Shown in pieces: positions 8,324 through 17,797 of a DNA stretch of 49,690 bases. The position numbers and the translations under genes are program-made. Source of the DNA: Thiobacillaceae bacterium (lineage in GTDB: Bacteria > Pseudomonadota > Gammaproteobacteria > Burkholderiales > Thiobacillaceae); the NCBI GenBank assembly GCA_035332045.1, contig DAOQNK010000005.1, positions 1 to 49,690 of the forward strand, written 5' to 3'. The stretch's first letter is position 1; every line of letters begins with the position of its first letter. The notes below the pieces were generated by a model. The model was given only the letters and a program-made list of their open reading frames with translations, ran no database searches and was not told where the DNA came from.

Positions 8324-8467
8324 CCCCGCGGGTGGGGGTCGACCCGTGGTATCGGCTTCCTGTCTTCCTCCGGCCAGTGCGTTCGATCTATCCTCGTGCC
8401 TGTGGCCCCCGGCCTGTACCGGGGACTTGAACCGACGACTTCTTCGGGTTTGCCTTGGAGACGCGTG

Positions 8468-8731
8468 ATGCAACTGACGGACAAGCACCGGGAGTATTGG
8501 CGAAGGAACCTGCTGCTCAGCGCGACATTGCTAGCCATCTGGTTCCTGGTGACCTTCGTGGTCATCTGGTTCGCCAGGGGGCTAAACGAAGTGGTCATCG
8601 CGGGATTTCCCTTTGCCTTCTACATGGGTGCCCAGGGGGCGCCCATCGTCTATGTCCTGATCATCTGGTTCTATGCCCGGCGCATGAACCAGCTCGACCA
8701 GGAATACGATGTCCACGAAGGGGAAGGCTGA
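8468..8731 (+). CDS. DUF4212 protein (putative small subunit of a solute:sodium symporter)
   Basis: 87 aa with two TM segments. The sequence reads MQLTDKHREYWRRNLLLSATLLAIWFLVTFVV..GFPFAFYMGAQGAPIVYVLIIWFYARRMNQLD. I chose the ATG at 8468 over the 8396 start in the track. Confidence 0.8.
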   Translation: MQLTDKHREYWRRNLLLSATLLAIWFLVTFVVIWFARGLNEVVIAGFPFAFYMGAQGAPIVYVLIIWFYARRMNQLDQEYDVHEGEG

Positions 8732-8958
8732 CTACCCAACCGCCCCTGGCCACCACTCGAGTCGTCTTCGTGTAGCATCCACCCAAGGGTGTCCGGGGCG
8801 TGCCACATGCCCGGGCAGGATTCGTGCCGGTCGGGCCGCCGCACGCTTTTCGAGGACACCCATGCGCCCCCTTCGCGTTTACCACGGCGCCCACCGCGCG
8901 CCTGACAAACCTGCCCGGTCTTCATCTTTTCCCCGCGTCGCGCGACGAGGTGCCTGAG

Positions 8959-10230
8959 ATGGCGACCGCGATCATCCTCGTCTTCATCCTGGCCTACGCA
9001 GCCATCGCCCTGGAACACCCCCTCAAGGTCAACAAGTCCGCGTCGGCCCTGGTGGGGGCGGGCCTGCTATGGACCCTGTATGCCTTCGGCCAGGGCGACC
9101 CCCAGCTGGTAAGCGAACAATTGGCCGAATCGGTCTCGGCTACCGCGCAGATCGTCTTCTTCCTGATGGGGGCCATGACCATCGTGGAGGTGGTGGACGC
9201 CCATAACGGCTTCGAGGTCATCACCCGGCGCATCCGCACCACCACCTTGTCCGGCCTGCTCTGGCTGGTGGGCTTCGTCACCTTCTTCCTCAGCGCCATC
9301 CTGGACAACCTGACCACCACCATCGTCATGGTCTCGCTCATGCGTAAGCTGCTGGCCAACCACGATGACCGCCTGCTCTTCGCCGGCATCATCGTCATCG
9401 CGGCCAATGCCGGCGGCGCCTGGTCCCCCATCGGCGACGTGACCACCACCATGCTCTGGATCGGCGGGCGCATCACCGCTCCGAATATCGTTATGTCGAT
9501 CTTGCCACCCGCCCTGGTGAGCCTGGTCGTACCCCTGGGCATCACCGCCTACGCCCTGCGCGGCCGGCCGGTCCTGGCCCTGGCCGGGAGGGAGGACGAC
9601 CATGGCCTGGGCACCACCGAGTTCGAACGCAACCTCATGTTCCTGCTGGGGCTGGGCATCCTGGCGGCCGTGCCGGCCTTCAAGACAGCGACCCACCTGC
9701 CACCTTTCATGGGCATCCTGTTCGGCCTGGGTATCCTATGGCTGGTGGGCGACCTGGTGCACCGGCGCAAGGAGGACGCCTTCAAGCTGCCCCTGACCCT
9801 GGCCCACGCCCTGAGCCGCATCGATATGAGCTCCATCGTATTTTTCACCGGCATCCTCCTGGCCGTGGCCACCCTGGAGCACTCCCATGTCCTGGCCGCC
9901 CTGGCTGGCTGGCTTGATCGGAGCATTGGTCACCTGGACATCATCGTGGTGGCCATCGGCCTGGCCAGCGCGGTGGTGGACAACGTACCCCTGGTGGCCG
10001 CATCCATGGGCATGTACGACCTGGCGAAATACCCCGCCGACCACTTCCTCTGGGAGTTCCTGGCCTATTGTGCAGGCACCGGGGGCTCCATCCTGGTCAT
10101 CGGTTCCGCCGCCGGCGTCGCCGCCATGGGCCTGGAGAAGATCCACTTCTTCTGGTACGCGCGAAAAATCAGCGGACTGGCGTTGATCGGCTATTTTGCC
10201 GGGGCGGCGGTCTACCTGGCTCTACGGTGA
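8959..10230 (+). CDS. nhaD: NhaD-type Na+/H+ antiporter (ArsB/NhaD permease superfamily)
   Basis: A polytopic membrane protein of 423 aa. Blocks MGAMTIVEVVDAHNGF, FFLSAILDNLTTTIVM and ANAGGAWSPIGDVTTTMLW are typical of NhaD. I chose the ATG at 8959; the upstream part of the track ORF looks non-coding. Confidence 0.85.
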   Translation: MATAIILVFILAYAAIALEHPLKVNKSASALVGAGLLWTLYAFGQGDPQLVSEQLAESVSATAQIVFFLMGAMTIVEVVDAHNGFEVITRRIRTTTLSGLLWLVGFVTFFLSAILDNLTTTIVMVSLMRKLLANHDDRLLFAGIIVIAANAGGAWSPIGDVTTTMLWIGGRITAPNIVMSILPPALVSLVVPLGITAYALRGRPVLALAGREDDHGLGTTEFERNLMFLLGLGILAAVPAFKTATHLPPFMGILFGLGILWLVGDLVHRRKEDAFKLPLTLAHALSRIDMSSIVFFTGILLAVATLEHSHVLAALAGWLDRSIGHLDIIVVAIGLASAVVDNVPLVAASMGMYDLAKYPADHFLWEFLAYCAGTGGSILVIGSAAGVAAMGLEKIHFFWYARKISGLALIGYFAGAAVYLALR

Positions 10231-10398
10231 TTGGCAGGCTGACGGACATGCCCCATCGAGCCGATAGGCTGCAAGAAACGCCCCGACCAGGATATAGGCC
10301 GGTCGTGTATTCCGCCCGGGCATAGACGTGGTTTTTCGGATGCGGCGCCAGGCCGCAAGATAATATCCTCGGTGTTCAGGGCCCAATGCGTGGATTTC

Positions 10399-10698
10399 AT
10401 GCCCCTCGACCTGCTGCTGGTCTCCGTCCTCCGCGTCCTCGTCGAAGTCGCCGGCTACGCCCTGCTGGGCCAGGGCGTCCTCGCCCTGCTGGCGGGCAAG
10501 CACCGCCAAAACAACCCGTTCTACAAAATCCTCCAGACCATCACCAACCCGGTGGTGAAAGCGGTGCGTTTCATCACCCCCCGCTTCATCCTCGACGCCC
10601 ACGTGCCCATGGTGACTTTTTTTCTGCTGTTCTGGCTGTGGATCGCGCTGGCCTTCGCCAAGCGCCATCTGTGCGGCGTGCATGGCCTGGCCTGCTGA
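10399..10698 (+). CDS. Small integral membrane protein (possibly YggT-like)
   Basis: Hydrophobic segments flank ..NPFYKILQTITNPVVKAVRFITPRF... The start is uncertain (GTG 10372 or ATG 10399). Confidence 0.5.
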   Translation: MPLDLLLVSVLRVLVEVAGYALLGQGVLALLAGKHRQNNPFYKILQTITNPVVKAVRFITPRFILDAHVPMVTFFLLFWLWIALAFAKRHLCGVHGLAC

Positions 10699-10712
10699 TT
10701 GCGGGGCCTGGA

Positions 10713-11660
10713 TCAACCCCCTTGCCGGCGCCAGTCGCCATCCCGCCACACCACTTCCTGGCGCGCCCACCTGGCGAAGTCTTCCAGGGCCATGTCTCCC
10801 CGTTCGCCCTGGGGCAGGGACTCATAACGGACCCGGATGCCCGATGCCTCCGTCTCCAGGCCCAGAACCCGCCGCACGGCGAAGTTGGGTCCGAAGCCCG
10901 CGTTGGTATAACAGCCCCCGACGCTGACATCTTCCGGCCCGACCCGGTCCCGCTGGGCGTATTCCATGGCGCTGCTGAACAAGGCGCTGAGGTCCCCCTC
11001 GGTGATTTCCAGGGGCGTTTCCATGCGGCTCAGGGCGTAGCGCAGATCCTCATGGGTGAGCCGCGCCACGGGCGTCGCGGCCGGGGCCGGGACAGCCTTG
11101 GGCGCCAAGGCGGCGGGATAGCGGCGCCAGGGAAACAGGCCATTGAGCAGGAAGCCCAGCAGCACCAGGATGGCGGCATTGAGCAGCACGGGCACCAGTA
11201 CGAAGGAGAGGCCCAGGGATTGCACCCCGGCCCCACCCAACACCGGCACCAGCGTGGTACCGCCCCCTGAGGGATGCAGGCAGCGCAACGCCAGGGACAT
11301 GGCGATGCTGGCGCCCACCGCCACGGCGCAGGCCAGTTCCATGGAAGGGATGAACATGGCGCTCAGCACACCGCAAAGCGCGGATACCCCATGCCCCCCC
11401 AGCACCGCCCAGGGCTGGGAAAAGGCACCATGGGGCACGGCGAAGACCAGGATGGCCGAGGACCCCATGGAAGCCACCATGAGGGGCGCGTCGGTGCGGC
11501 CCAACACGGCGTGGCTGATGGCATAGACCGCCGCCATCGCAAGAGCCGCGGTGACCGTGGAAACCAGTATTTCCCGAAGGCTGACGCTCTGCTGGATGCC
11601 CAGCAAGGCGGCCAGTCTCTCGGCCCGGCCCCAGGTGGAGGAATGCTTGTGATCATGCAT
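10713..11660 (-). CDS. HPP-family membrane protein with a soluble C-terminal domain of about 120 aa
   Basis: Four hydrophobic helices contain ..VFAVPHGAFSQPWAVLGGH.. and ..CLHPSGGGT.. (HPP-type motifs). The C-terminal part is not obviously CBS. Confidence 0.8.
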   Translation of the reverse strand: MHDHKHSSTWGRAERLAALLGIQQSVSLREILVSTVTAALAMAAVYAISHAVLGRTDAPLMVASMGSSAILVFAVPHGAFSQPWAVLGGHGVSALCGVLSAMFIPSMELACAVAVGASIAMSLALRCLHPSGGGTTLVPVLGGAGVQSLGLSFVLVPVLLNAAILVLLGFLLNGLFPWRRYPAALAPKAVPAPAATPVARLTHEDLRYALSRMETPLEITEGDLSALFSSAMEYAQRDRVGPEDVSVGGCYTNAGFGPNFAVRRVLGLETEASGIRVRYESLPQGERGDMALEDFARWARQEVVWRDGDWRRQGG

Positions 11661-11760
11661 GGTGCGATGATATCGGACCCGCCCCGGACCGCCATACTCG
11701 GTCGGCGAATCCGCCGGAATTCACTATGCTTTCCATGAGTGATCACGTCGAGGAGACATC

Positions 11761-12603
11761 ATGTCGGCCCAGCTTTCCCCCATCGCCCGCTTCGACCACA
11801 TCCTGCTCGCCACCGATGGCAGCACTGTCAGCGCCGGCGCCGTGCGCGTGGCCTTGCACCTGTCCGACCGCTGCGGCGCCCGCCTCACGGTCATGCACAT
11901 GGCCAAGACCGATCCCAGCTATGCCATGTTCAACCCGGGTGGCGTTGAGCAGGTGGAGGAACAGGGCAGGGCCGTGCTGCGCCAGGTGGAGGAGCAGGCC
12001 GGCACCGCCTGCGTGAACTGCGCCCCGGTGCTTCGTTATGGCGAGGAACCGGTGAAGGAGATCGCCAGCCAGGCGGAGGAGAGCCAGACCGACCTGGTGG
12101 TCATGGGCCGGCGTGGCGTGCACTGGCTGGAGCGCCTGGTCCTGGGCGAGGCCGCCGCCCGTGTGGTGGGCCACGTGAAGTGCAGCGTGCTGGTGGTGCC
12201 CCAGGATTCAAAAATGTGGGAAAACGGCATCCTGGTGGCGGTGGATGGTTCCCGCTATGCCGACATGGCGGCGGTGGCCGCCGGCCACCTGGCCAAGCGC
12301 TGCGGCCTGCCGCTCACGGTGCTGGCGGTATGCGCCAGCGACGACCTCTCCTGCGAACTGGTCAAACCCCTGGCCGACCGGGTCCGGGACCTGCTGCGCC
12401 AGGATGGCGTGGCCGCCGACAGCGTGGCCCTGGAGGGCAAGCCTGCCGACACCATCATCCAGGCCGCCCGGGATTACGACTGCGACCTCATCGTCTTGGG
12501 CAGCCACGGCCGCACCGGCCTGGACCGCATCCTGATGGGCAGCGTCTCCCAGCAGGTGATCACCCACGCCAAGTGCCCCATCCTGGTGGTAAAGGGGGGG
12601 TGA
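11761..12603 (+). CDS. Tandem universal stress protein (2 x UspA domain)
   Basis: Two repeats each end in a ..DL(V/I)V(M/L)G..G...L.LGS/E...V......VLVV pattern. The sequences are DLVVMGRRGVHWLERLVLGEAAARVVGHVKCSVLVV and DLIVLGSHGRTGLDRILMGSVSQQVITHAKCPILVV. Confidence 0.85.
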   Translation: MSAQLSPIARFDHILLATDGSTVSAGAVRVALHLSDRCGARLTVMHMAKTDPSYAMFNPGGVEQVEEQGRAVLRQVEEQAGTACVNCAPVLRYGEEPVKEIASQAEESQTDLVVMGRRGVHWLERLVLGEAAARVVGHVKCSVLVVPQDSKMWENGILVAVDGSRYADMAAVAAGHLAKRCGLPLTVLAVCASDDLSCELVKPLADRVRDLLRQDGVAADSVALEGKPADTIIQAARDYDCDLIVLGSHGRTGLDRILMGSVSQQVITHAKCPILVVKGG

Positions 12604-13794
12604 TCAGCGCCCGGCCTGGTGGCGCCGGAAGGCCCGCCAGAGCAGGAGGTCGTAGCCGATCTTCAATGCCCCGCAGGCCACCAGGGGCGCCGCCAGCCAG
12701 CCCGCCGCCAGCAGGGCGCCACCCAGGGAGGGGCTCAACGCCGCCGCCAGGCTGCGCGGCACCGCAGTAAAGCTGGCCGCCGCCGTCCGCTCGGGTGGCG
12801 TCACCACCGCCATGACGAAGGCCGAGCGGGTGGGCACATCCATCTGGGACAAGGCCGCCCGGGCCAGCAGCAGGCCCAGAGCCCAGGGAAGGCTGTCGGC
12901 CAGGGCGGCCAGGATGAGGAAGACGCTGGACGGAATGTGGGTGAACACCATGGTGTTCACCAGGCCGATGCGCTTCGCCACCCAAGGCGCCAGCAGTTGC
13001 GAAAAGGCGGACAGCAGGCCCGCCCAGAAGAAAAAGGCCCCCGCCGCGGTCAGGGACAGGCCAAAACGCTGAAATAGCCAGAGGGCCAGCAAGGAGTTCA
13101 ATACCAGACCGCCGGCGAAGGCATCGATGGAGAATAACGCGGCCAGGCGGATGACGATGCCCCGGGATTCCCGCAGCGCCGCCGGGGGCGCCGCCCGCTC
13201 ATGGGGCGCCGGCTCGGGAATCCGCCGGTACAACAGCCAGACCAGCCCTCCGGCCAGCGCATAGAGCAGGAACATGACCCGCAAGGGATCCGCCTGACCC
13301 CACCCCAGATTCCGCAACAGATCGGGCACGCCGGCCGCCAGGGAGCCCAGGGCGGCGAACAGGGCGCCAGCCAGGGTATAGCGGGCGAACAGGGTGGTCC
13401 GGGCCTCGCCGTGGGCGGCTTCGGCCAGGCGGGCGTGTTCCAGGGGCAGGAATACGCTGACATCGCCGGAGCTGGGGTTGAGGGTCCCCACGAAGGCCAC
13501 CAGCAGCAGCGGCCAGAAAGAGGACAGTCCGGCAAACAGCACGCCGGTGATCGCCATGAGCAGCGCCGCGCCCAGCAGCAGGGGACGATGGTGGAAACGG
13601 TGGCCGTGGGCCCCCAGCAGCAGGGTCAGGCTGGCGGAACCCAGCAGGGTGGCGGCGCTGACCACGCCCACCTCCAGGGGGCCCAAGCCCAGCGCCAGCA
13701 GATAGGCCGGCAGCAAAATACAGATGAAGCCATCGACAAAAGCCCGGAGCGCCCGGGCGACCAGCAGCAGTCTGGCCTCGGCCGGGACGTTCAT
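12604..13794 (-). CDS. MFS transporter, substrate unknown
   Basis: 396 aa from the ATG at 13794, with about 12 hydrophobic segments. The upstream 129 codons of the track ORF overlap the TonB-like gene in another frame and are Arg/Pro-rich junk. Confidence 0.8.
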   Translation of the reverse strand: MNVPAEARLLLVARALRAFVDGFICILLPAYLLALGLGPLEVGVVSAATLLGSASLTLLLGAHGHRFHHRPLLLGAALLMAITGVLFAGLSSFWPLLLVAFVGTLNPSSGDVSVFLPLEHARLAEAAHGEARTTLFARYTLAGALFAALGSLAAGVPDLLRNLGWGQADPLRVMFLLYALAGGLVWLLYRRIPEPAPHERAAPPAALRESRGIVIRLAALFSIDAFAGGLVLNSLLALWLFQRFGLSLTAAGAFFFWAGLLSAFSQLLAPWVAKRIGLVNTMVFTHIPSSVFLILAALADSLPWALGLLLARAALSQMDVPTRSAFVMAVVTPPERTAAASFTAVPRSLAAALSPSLGGALLAAGWLAAPLVACGALKIGYDLLLWRAFRRHQAGR

Positions 13795-13807
13795 CCCGGT
13801 GCCTGCC

Positions 13808-14584
13808 TCAACGTGCCCAGCGCCACTGGTCCATCTGCCGCTTGAAGGATTGCTCCTCTTCCTCGATGGTGTCCGCCGTGGAATCGGGGGGACAACCTTC
13901 GGGTGGTGGTGGCCGGTGTTCCCGAGGTACCACCTTGGGCGGCGCCCCCCCATCCCATACGAAGGGGTTCCTGAAGGGCGCGGGCTCCGGCAGGCAATCC
14001 AGCTTGTAGCTCGGCGGCCAGCCCGTTTCGTAGGGCAGGAAGGAAATCGTCTGCTCGAACACCAGGGGTTTGCCGTTGGGCGTGGGGGGCAGCGGCGGCA
14101 ATTTGCGGATGGCCTGCCAGGCAAGCTGGGAGGCCTTCTCCGAGGTGGACCAGAGTTCCTCCACCCGGGCCACCTTCCCATCCGGGGAGATCTCGATGCG
14201 AAACCGGACCATCCCCTGGTCCGGCCCCGCCACCGCCGTACCCATCATGCTGCGCACCTGCTGGCCCCAGGCATTGCGGTAGCGCTTGCCATTCCTGGGG
14301 GCATAGGTCGACGCGAGAGCCCATTCCTCGGCCGTGGGGGCGGACGGTGCCGCCAGGGACTGCGGCGGCGTTTCCGGCGCGGCTTCCACCGGCTGGGGCT
14401 GTTTCGCGGCGCGGCGTGGACGCGGGGGCGTGGGTTCCGCCACCGGTTCCGGACTCACGATGCGGATTTCCAGGGGCTTGGGCACCACCGGCGGGGCGTG
14501 GATCGACCAGGGCGCCAGCAGGCCCCCGTGCAATCCCAGGGACAACGCCAGGGCCAGGGGAAAACGGATACGGCAGCGGATCAT
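13808..14584 (-). CDS. TonB-like energy-transducer-family protein with a C-terminal extension
   Basis: An N-terminal anchor (RFPLALALSLGLHGGLL) is followed by a Pro-rich spacer. A TonB_C-like block follows (GMVRFRIEISPDGKVARVEELWSTSEKASQLAWQAIRKLPPLPP), then an extra Pro/acidic tail. Confidence 0.6.
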   Translation of the reverse strand: MIRCRIRFPLALALSLGLHGGLLAPWSIHAPPVVPKPLEIRIVSPEPVAEPTPPRPRRAAKQPQPVEAAPETPPQSLAAPSAPTAEEWALASTYAPRNGKRYRNAWGQQVRSMMGTAVAGPDQGMVRFRIEISPDGKVARVEELWSTSEKASQLAWQAIRKLPPLPPTPNGKPLVFEQTISFLPYETGWPPSYKLDCLPEPAPFRNPFVWDGGAPPKVVPREHRPPPPEGCPPDSTADTIEEEEQSFKRQMDQWRWAR

Positions 14585-14628
14585 CGTGATGGCTCAGTCC
14601 CATTCCGGACCCGCTCCCGCCGGCCGGG

Positions 14629-15084
14629 TCACGCCAGTCCGAGAATCCGCCCCAGCTTGCGCAGGGGCGTGTCGGCGCAACAGGCATACAGGGCGTCGTA
14701 GATCACCATGCCCTGCTTCAGCATCTCGTGGTCGTCCTCGAAATTGAGGGACAGTCCCCTGGAGATGGCCAACAGGCCTGCGGCCTCCTTGGCCAGGTGG
14801 GGCGCGCCGCAGTCGGCACCGCGGACGATCAGGGCCAGCTTGGCAAGGGCGGGGTCCGTCAGCCGATGGCGCTCGATGAACGCATCGAAACTGCACCGGT
14901 CGCCATGGTGGCCATATTCCACACCAGGGATGTCATAGGGCGTGGCCCCGGTCTCCGCCGCCACCTTGAGGACATCGCCGCCCGGAACATAGAGGAACTC
15001 CGGCGCGGGGTCGATGAAGCGGGCGATAAGCCAGGGACAGGCGATGCGGTCGATCTTGGGACGCTCGCGGGTAACCCATTTCAT
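14629..15084 (-). CDS. Stand-alone chromate-resistance (ChrB C-terminal type) domain protein
   Basis: MKWVTRERPKIDRIACPWLIARFIDPAPEFLYVP..RCSFDAFIERH aligns by eye with the C-terminal half of the full-length ChrB at 16865..17797 (WVDRLASAWLIRRHIDPAARFLWL..RVSFETLLASF). Confidence 0.8.
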   Translation of the reverse strand: MKWVTRERPKIDRIACPWLIARFIDPAPEFLYVPGGDVLKVAAETGATPYDIPGVEYGHHGDRCSFDAFIERHRLTDPALAKLALIVRGADCGAPHLAKEAAGLLAISRGLSLNFEDDHEMLKQGMVIYDALYACCADTPLRKLGRILGLA

Positions 15085-15199
15085 AGTGACTTCCTTTGCT
15101 TGGCGGCTCCACCGCGCCAGCCGAACCGGCCGGGGAGCCCGGGGAGAACTTACCTGTGGCGGCCCATGTCACCCATGGCACAAACGTGTCGTCCGGCGG

Positions 15200-15514
15200 T
15201 TACTTTTCTACCACCATGCCGCCCGCCATCTTCCAGCCCTCGATGCCACCCTCGATGAACCGGGCCCGCAGGCCCTTGGCCTGGAGGGCGTCCACCACAC
15301 TGTTGGAGACACCACCGCCGCGCACGCAGTACAGCACGATATCCTGGTCTTTCGGCAGACTGTCGGCCCATTCCCCGAGCTGGGCCGGGTCTTTCCAAAG
15401 GGCGCCGGCCAGCTGCTCGCTGGAGGCGGCGCGGTCATCGGCGCGGCGCACGTCCAGGATGAACTTGCCGGCCAGTTCGGATTTGAGGGTTTCAGGCTTG
15501 ATGGTACGGTCCAT
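15200..15514 (-). CDS. Single-domain rhodanese-like protein
   Basis: 104 aa from the ATG at 15514, which is 2 nt after the chrA stop. The active-site loop is LYCVRGGGVS (CRxGxR/S type). Confidence 0.8.
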   Translation of the reverse strand: MDRTIKPETLKSELAGKFILDVRRADDRAASSEQLAGALWKDPAQLGEWADSLPKDQDIVLYCVRGGGVSNSVVDALQAKGLRARFIEGGIEGWKMAGGMVVEK

Positions 15515-15516
15515 GC

Positions 15517-16863
15517 TCAGGCTCCGATGAGGGTGTAGACAAGGCCCACCGCCGCGCAGGCAGCGATGACTTTCATGATGTCCTGCTTGTATTTCCAAAG
15601 GGCGAGGAAGGCGGCGACGGAAATTACCGCGTAGAACCATTCAAACCCGCCGGAGAAAGGCGCGGCCTCGCTGGCGCGGGGCCAGATCACGTGCCAGCCG
15701 AAGAACAGGGCCAGATTCAGCACCACCCCCACCACCGCGGCGGTGATGCCGGTCAGCGGCGCCGTGAACTTCAGGTCGCCGTGGGTAGACTCCACCAGGG
15801 GGGCGCCGGCCAGGATGAAGACGAAGCTGGGCAGGAAGGTGAAGAAAGTGGCCACGCTGGCGCCAACGAAGCCGGCCAGGAACAGGGCGTCGGGGCCGAA
15901 GATCTGCTTGCTCCAGGCACCCACGAAGCCGACGAAGGACACCACCATGATCAGCGGCCCCGGCGTGGTCTCGCCCAGGGCCAGGCCGTCGATCATCTGG
16001 GTACCGGTCAACCAGCCGTAGTGCTCGACCCCGCCCTGATAGACGTAGGGCAGCACAGCGTAGGCGCCACCGAAGGTGACCAGGGCGGCCTTGGTGAAGA
16101 ACTCGCCCATGTCCTTCAGCACCGGATGACCCAGGGCCAGCATGGCCGCGGCCCAGATCGCCAGGCCCGCCACCAGCAGGGTGGCCAGATACGCCCAGTT
16201 GAACCGGGTATGGGGCAGGGACGGCGTGTCGTCGTCGATGAGGGCCGGGCCGTAGTCCTTGTCCGAGGCGCCGTGGCCGCCGCCCACCTTGAACTTGTCG
16301 GGCATCAGCTTGCCGCCCATGAAACCCAGGACGCCCGCGCCGATGACGATGTACGGAAAGGGCACCTTGAGCGCGAAGATAGCGATGAAGGACAGGGCGG
16401 CAATGGCCCACAACACCTTGTTCTTCAGCGCCCGGGAACCGATGCGCCAGGCGGCGAACACGACGATGGCCACCACCGCCGGCTTGATGCCGTTGAACAC
16501 GCCCTGGACGAAGGTGACGTCGCCGAAGGCCATGTAGACGTAGGTCAGCGCGGCAAGAATGAACAGGGAGGGCAGCACGAACAGGGTGCCGGCCACGATG
16601 CCGCCCCAGGTCCGGTGCAGCAGCCAGCCGATGTAGATGGCGAGCTGCTGGGCTTCCGGTCCCGGCAGCACCATGCAGTAGTTGAGGGCGTGCAGGAAAC
16701 GGTGTTCGGAGATCCAGCGGCGCTTCTCCACCAGCTCCTGGTGCATGATGGCGATCTGCCCGGCCGGCCCGCCGAAGCTGATGAAGCCCAGTTTCAGCCA
16801 GTAGGCGAAAGCCTCCCAGAAGGAGGGGTGAGGGGGTCTTTCCTGGGTCGGGACGTCGGTCAC
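15517..16863 (-). CDS. chrA: Chromate ion transporter ChrA (CHR family, two-domain)
   Basis: The duplicated CHR signature appears as LKLGFISFGGPAGQIAIM and AALVTFGGAYAVLPYV. I preferred the GTG at 16863, which has GGAG 6 nt upstream and lies 1 nt after the chrB stop. The ATG at 16905 is the alternative. Confidence 0.9.
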   Translation of the reverse strand: MTDVPTQERPPHPSFWEAFAYWLKLGFISFGGPAGQIAIMHQELVEKRRWISEHRFLHALNYCMVLPGPEAQQLAIYIGWLLHRTWGGIVAGTLFVLPSLFILAALTYVYMAFGDVTFVQGVFNGIKPAVVAIVVFAAWRIGSRALKNKVLWAIAALSFIAIFALKVPFPYIVIGAGVLGFMGGKLMPDKFKVGGGHGASDKDYGPALIDDDTPSLPHTRFNWAYLATLLVAGLAIWAAAMLALGHPVLKDMGEFFTKAALVTFGGAYAVLPYVYQGGVEHYGWLTGTQMIDGLALGETTPGPLIMVVSFVGFVGAWSKQIFGPDALFLAGFVGASVATFFTFLPSFVFILAGAPLVESTHGDLKFTAPLTGITAAVVGVVLNLALFFGWHVIWPRASEAAPFSGGFEWFYAVISVAAFLALWKYKQDIMKVIAACAAVGLVYTLIGA

Positions 16864-16864
16864 A

Positions 16865-17797
16865 TCAGGCTCCGTCGGTTGGCGAAAAGGCAAGGTAAAG
16901 GTCATCCAGCAGCCGGCCGCCTTCTTCCAGCAGCCGATCATCGTCATCGATCCGCGCCTTAAGCCCCCTCAGCAGGGCCTCGAAGCCCGCCGCCTCGGGC
17001 GCGACGCCGCCCACATCCAGGGTATGGACGATGCCGCCGATGCGCGCCAGGGCCGCGTCGCCCTCCAGGCCGAAGCTGGCCAGCAGCGTCTCGAAGCTCA
17101 CCCGTTCGCCCACATGGGTGAAGGGCGCGCCATCGAAGTCGAAGCCCAGGGCATCTTCGGGGCAGTCTTCGGGATGCGTCAGCCAGAGGAAGCGTGCCGC
17201 GGGATCGATATGGCGGCGGATCAGCCAGGCCGAGGCCAGCCGGTCCACCCAAAGGCTGCGCCGGGTCGCCCACAGGCGGCCTCGGTAATGCGCCCGATCC
17301 AGGCGTTCGATGGTCGCCGCCTGGGCCTGGGGCTCCCCATGATTGATCCGGGCCCGGACCAGGCGAACCACCCGCTCCAGCCGTTCGGCGCTGGACCGCC
17401 GGGCGGCACCGGGAAAATAGTCGATGCCGGAAAGCTGCTCGAAGTGGCGGCGCAGGCCGCGCAGTTCCTTCATCTGGACGGCGGCGCCCTCCCGGGATTC
17501 AGCCAGCCGTTCCAGGTCCCGATCCAGCTCAGCGTACTCCCCGGAGCGGTCGAACAGGGCGGCCAGCGCGGCGTCCTCGGCTTGGCTTCCCAGGCGCAGC
17601 AGCCAGGCGCTTCCCTCCGCCGCGCGGGCATCTTCAGCCTGTTGAATGAGTACCCGCTCCAGATCGTCCCTTTGGGGCAGCAGCCAGGCGCCGTCGCGCA
17701 GGCTGGTGCAACCCACGGCCTTCAGCGCTCGCCAGATGCGAGTCCTCGCCGTGGCATTGGCGTGGGGAAGAGAGAGGACCAACAATGACCAATACAT
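16865..17797 (-). CDS. chrB: ChrB chromate-resistance regulatory protein
   Basis: The N-terminus reads LLVLSLPHANATARTRIWRALKAVGCTSLRDGAWLLP. A C-terminal Chrome_Resist-type domain is present. The gene is directly upstream of chrA. Confidence 0.85.
   Translation of the reverse strand: MYWSLLVLSLPHANATARTRIWRALKAVGCTSLRDGAWLLPQRDDLERVLIQQAEDARAAEGSAWLLRLGSQAEDAALAALFDRSGEYAELDRDLERLAESREGAAVQMKELRGLRRHFEQLSGIDYFPGAARRSSAERLERVVRLVRARINHGEPQAQAATIERLDRAHYRGRLWATRRSLWVDRLASAWLIRRHIDPAARFLWLTHPEDCPEDALGFDFDGAPFTHVGERVSFETLLASFGLEGDAALARIGGIVHTLDVGGVAPEAAGFEALLRGLKARIDDDDRLLEEGGRLLDDLYLAFSPTDGA

Noticed and set aside
8322-8345. A hairpin GACCCC-N7-GGGGTC at the end of the exonuclease gene, considered as a terminator.
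   Set aside because: The stem is only 6 bp and no U-tract follows. The DUF4212 gene follows in the same orientation, so it is more likely incidental.
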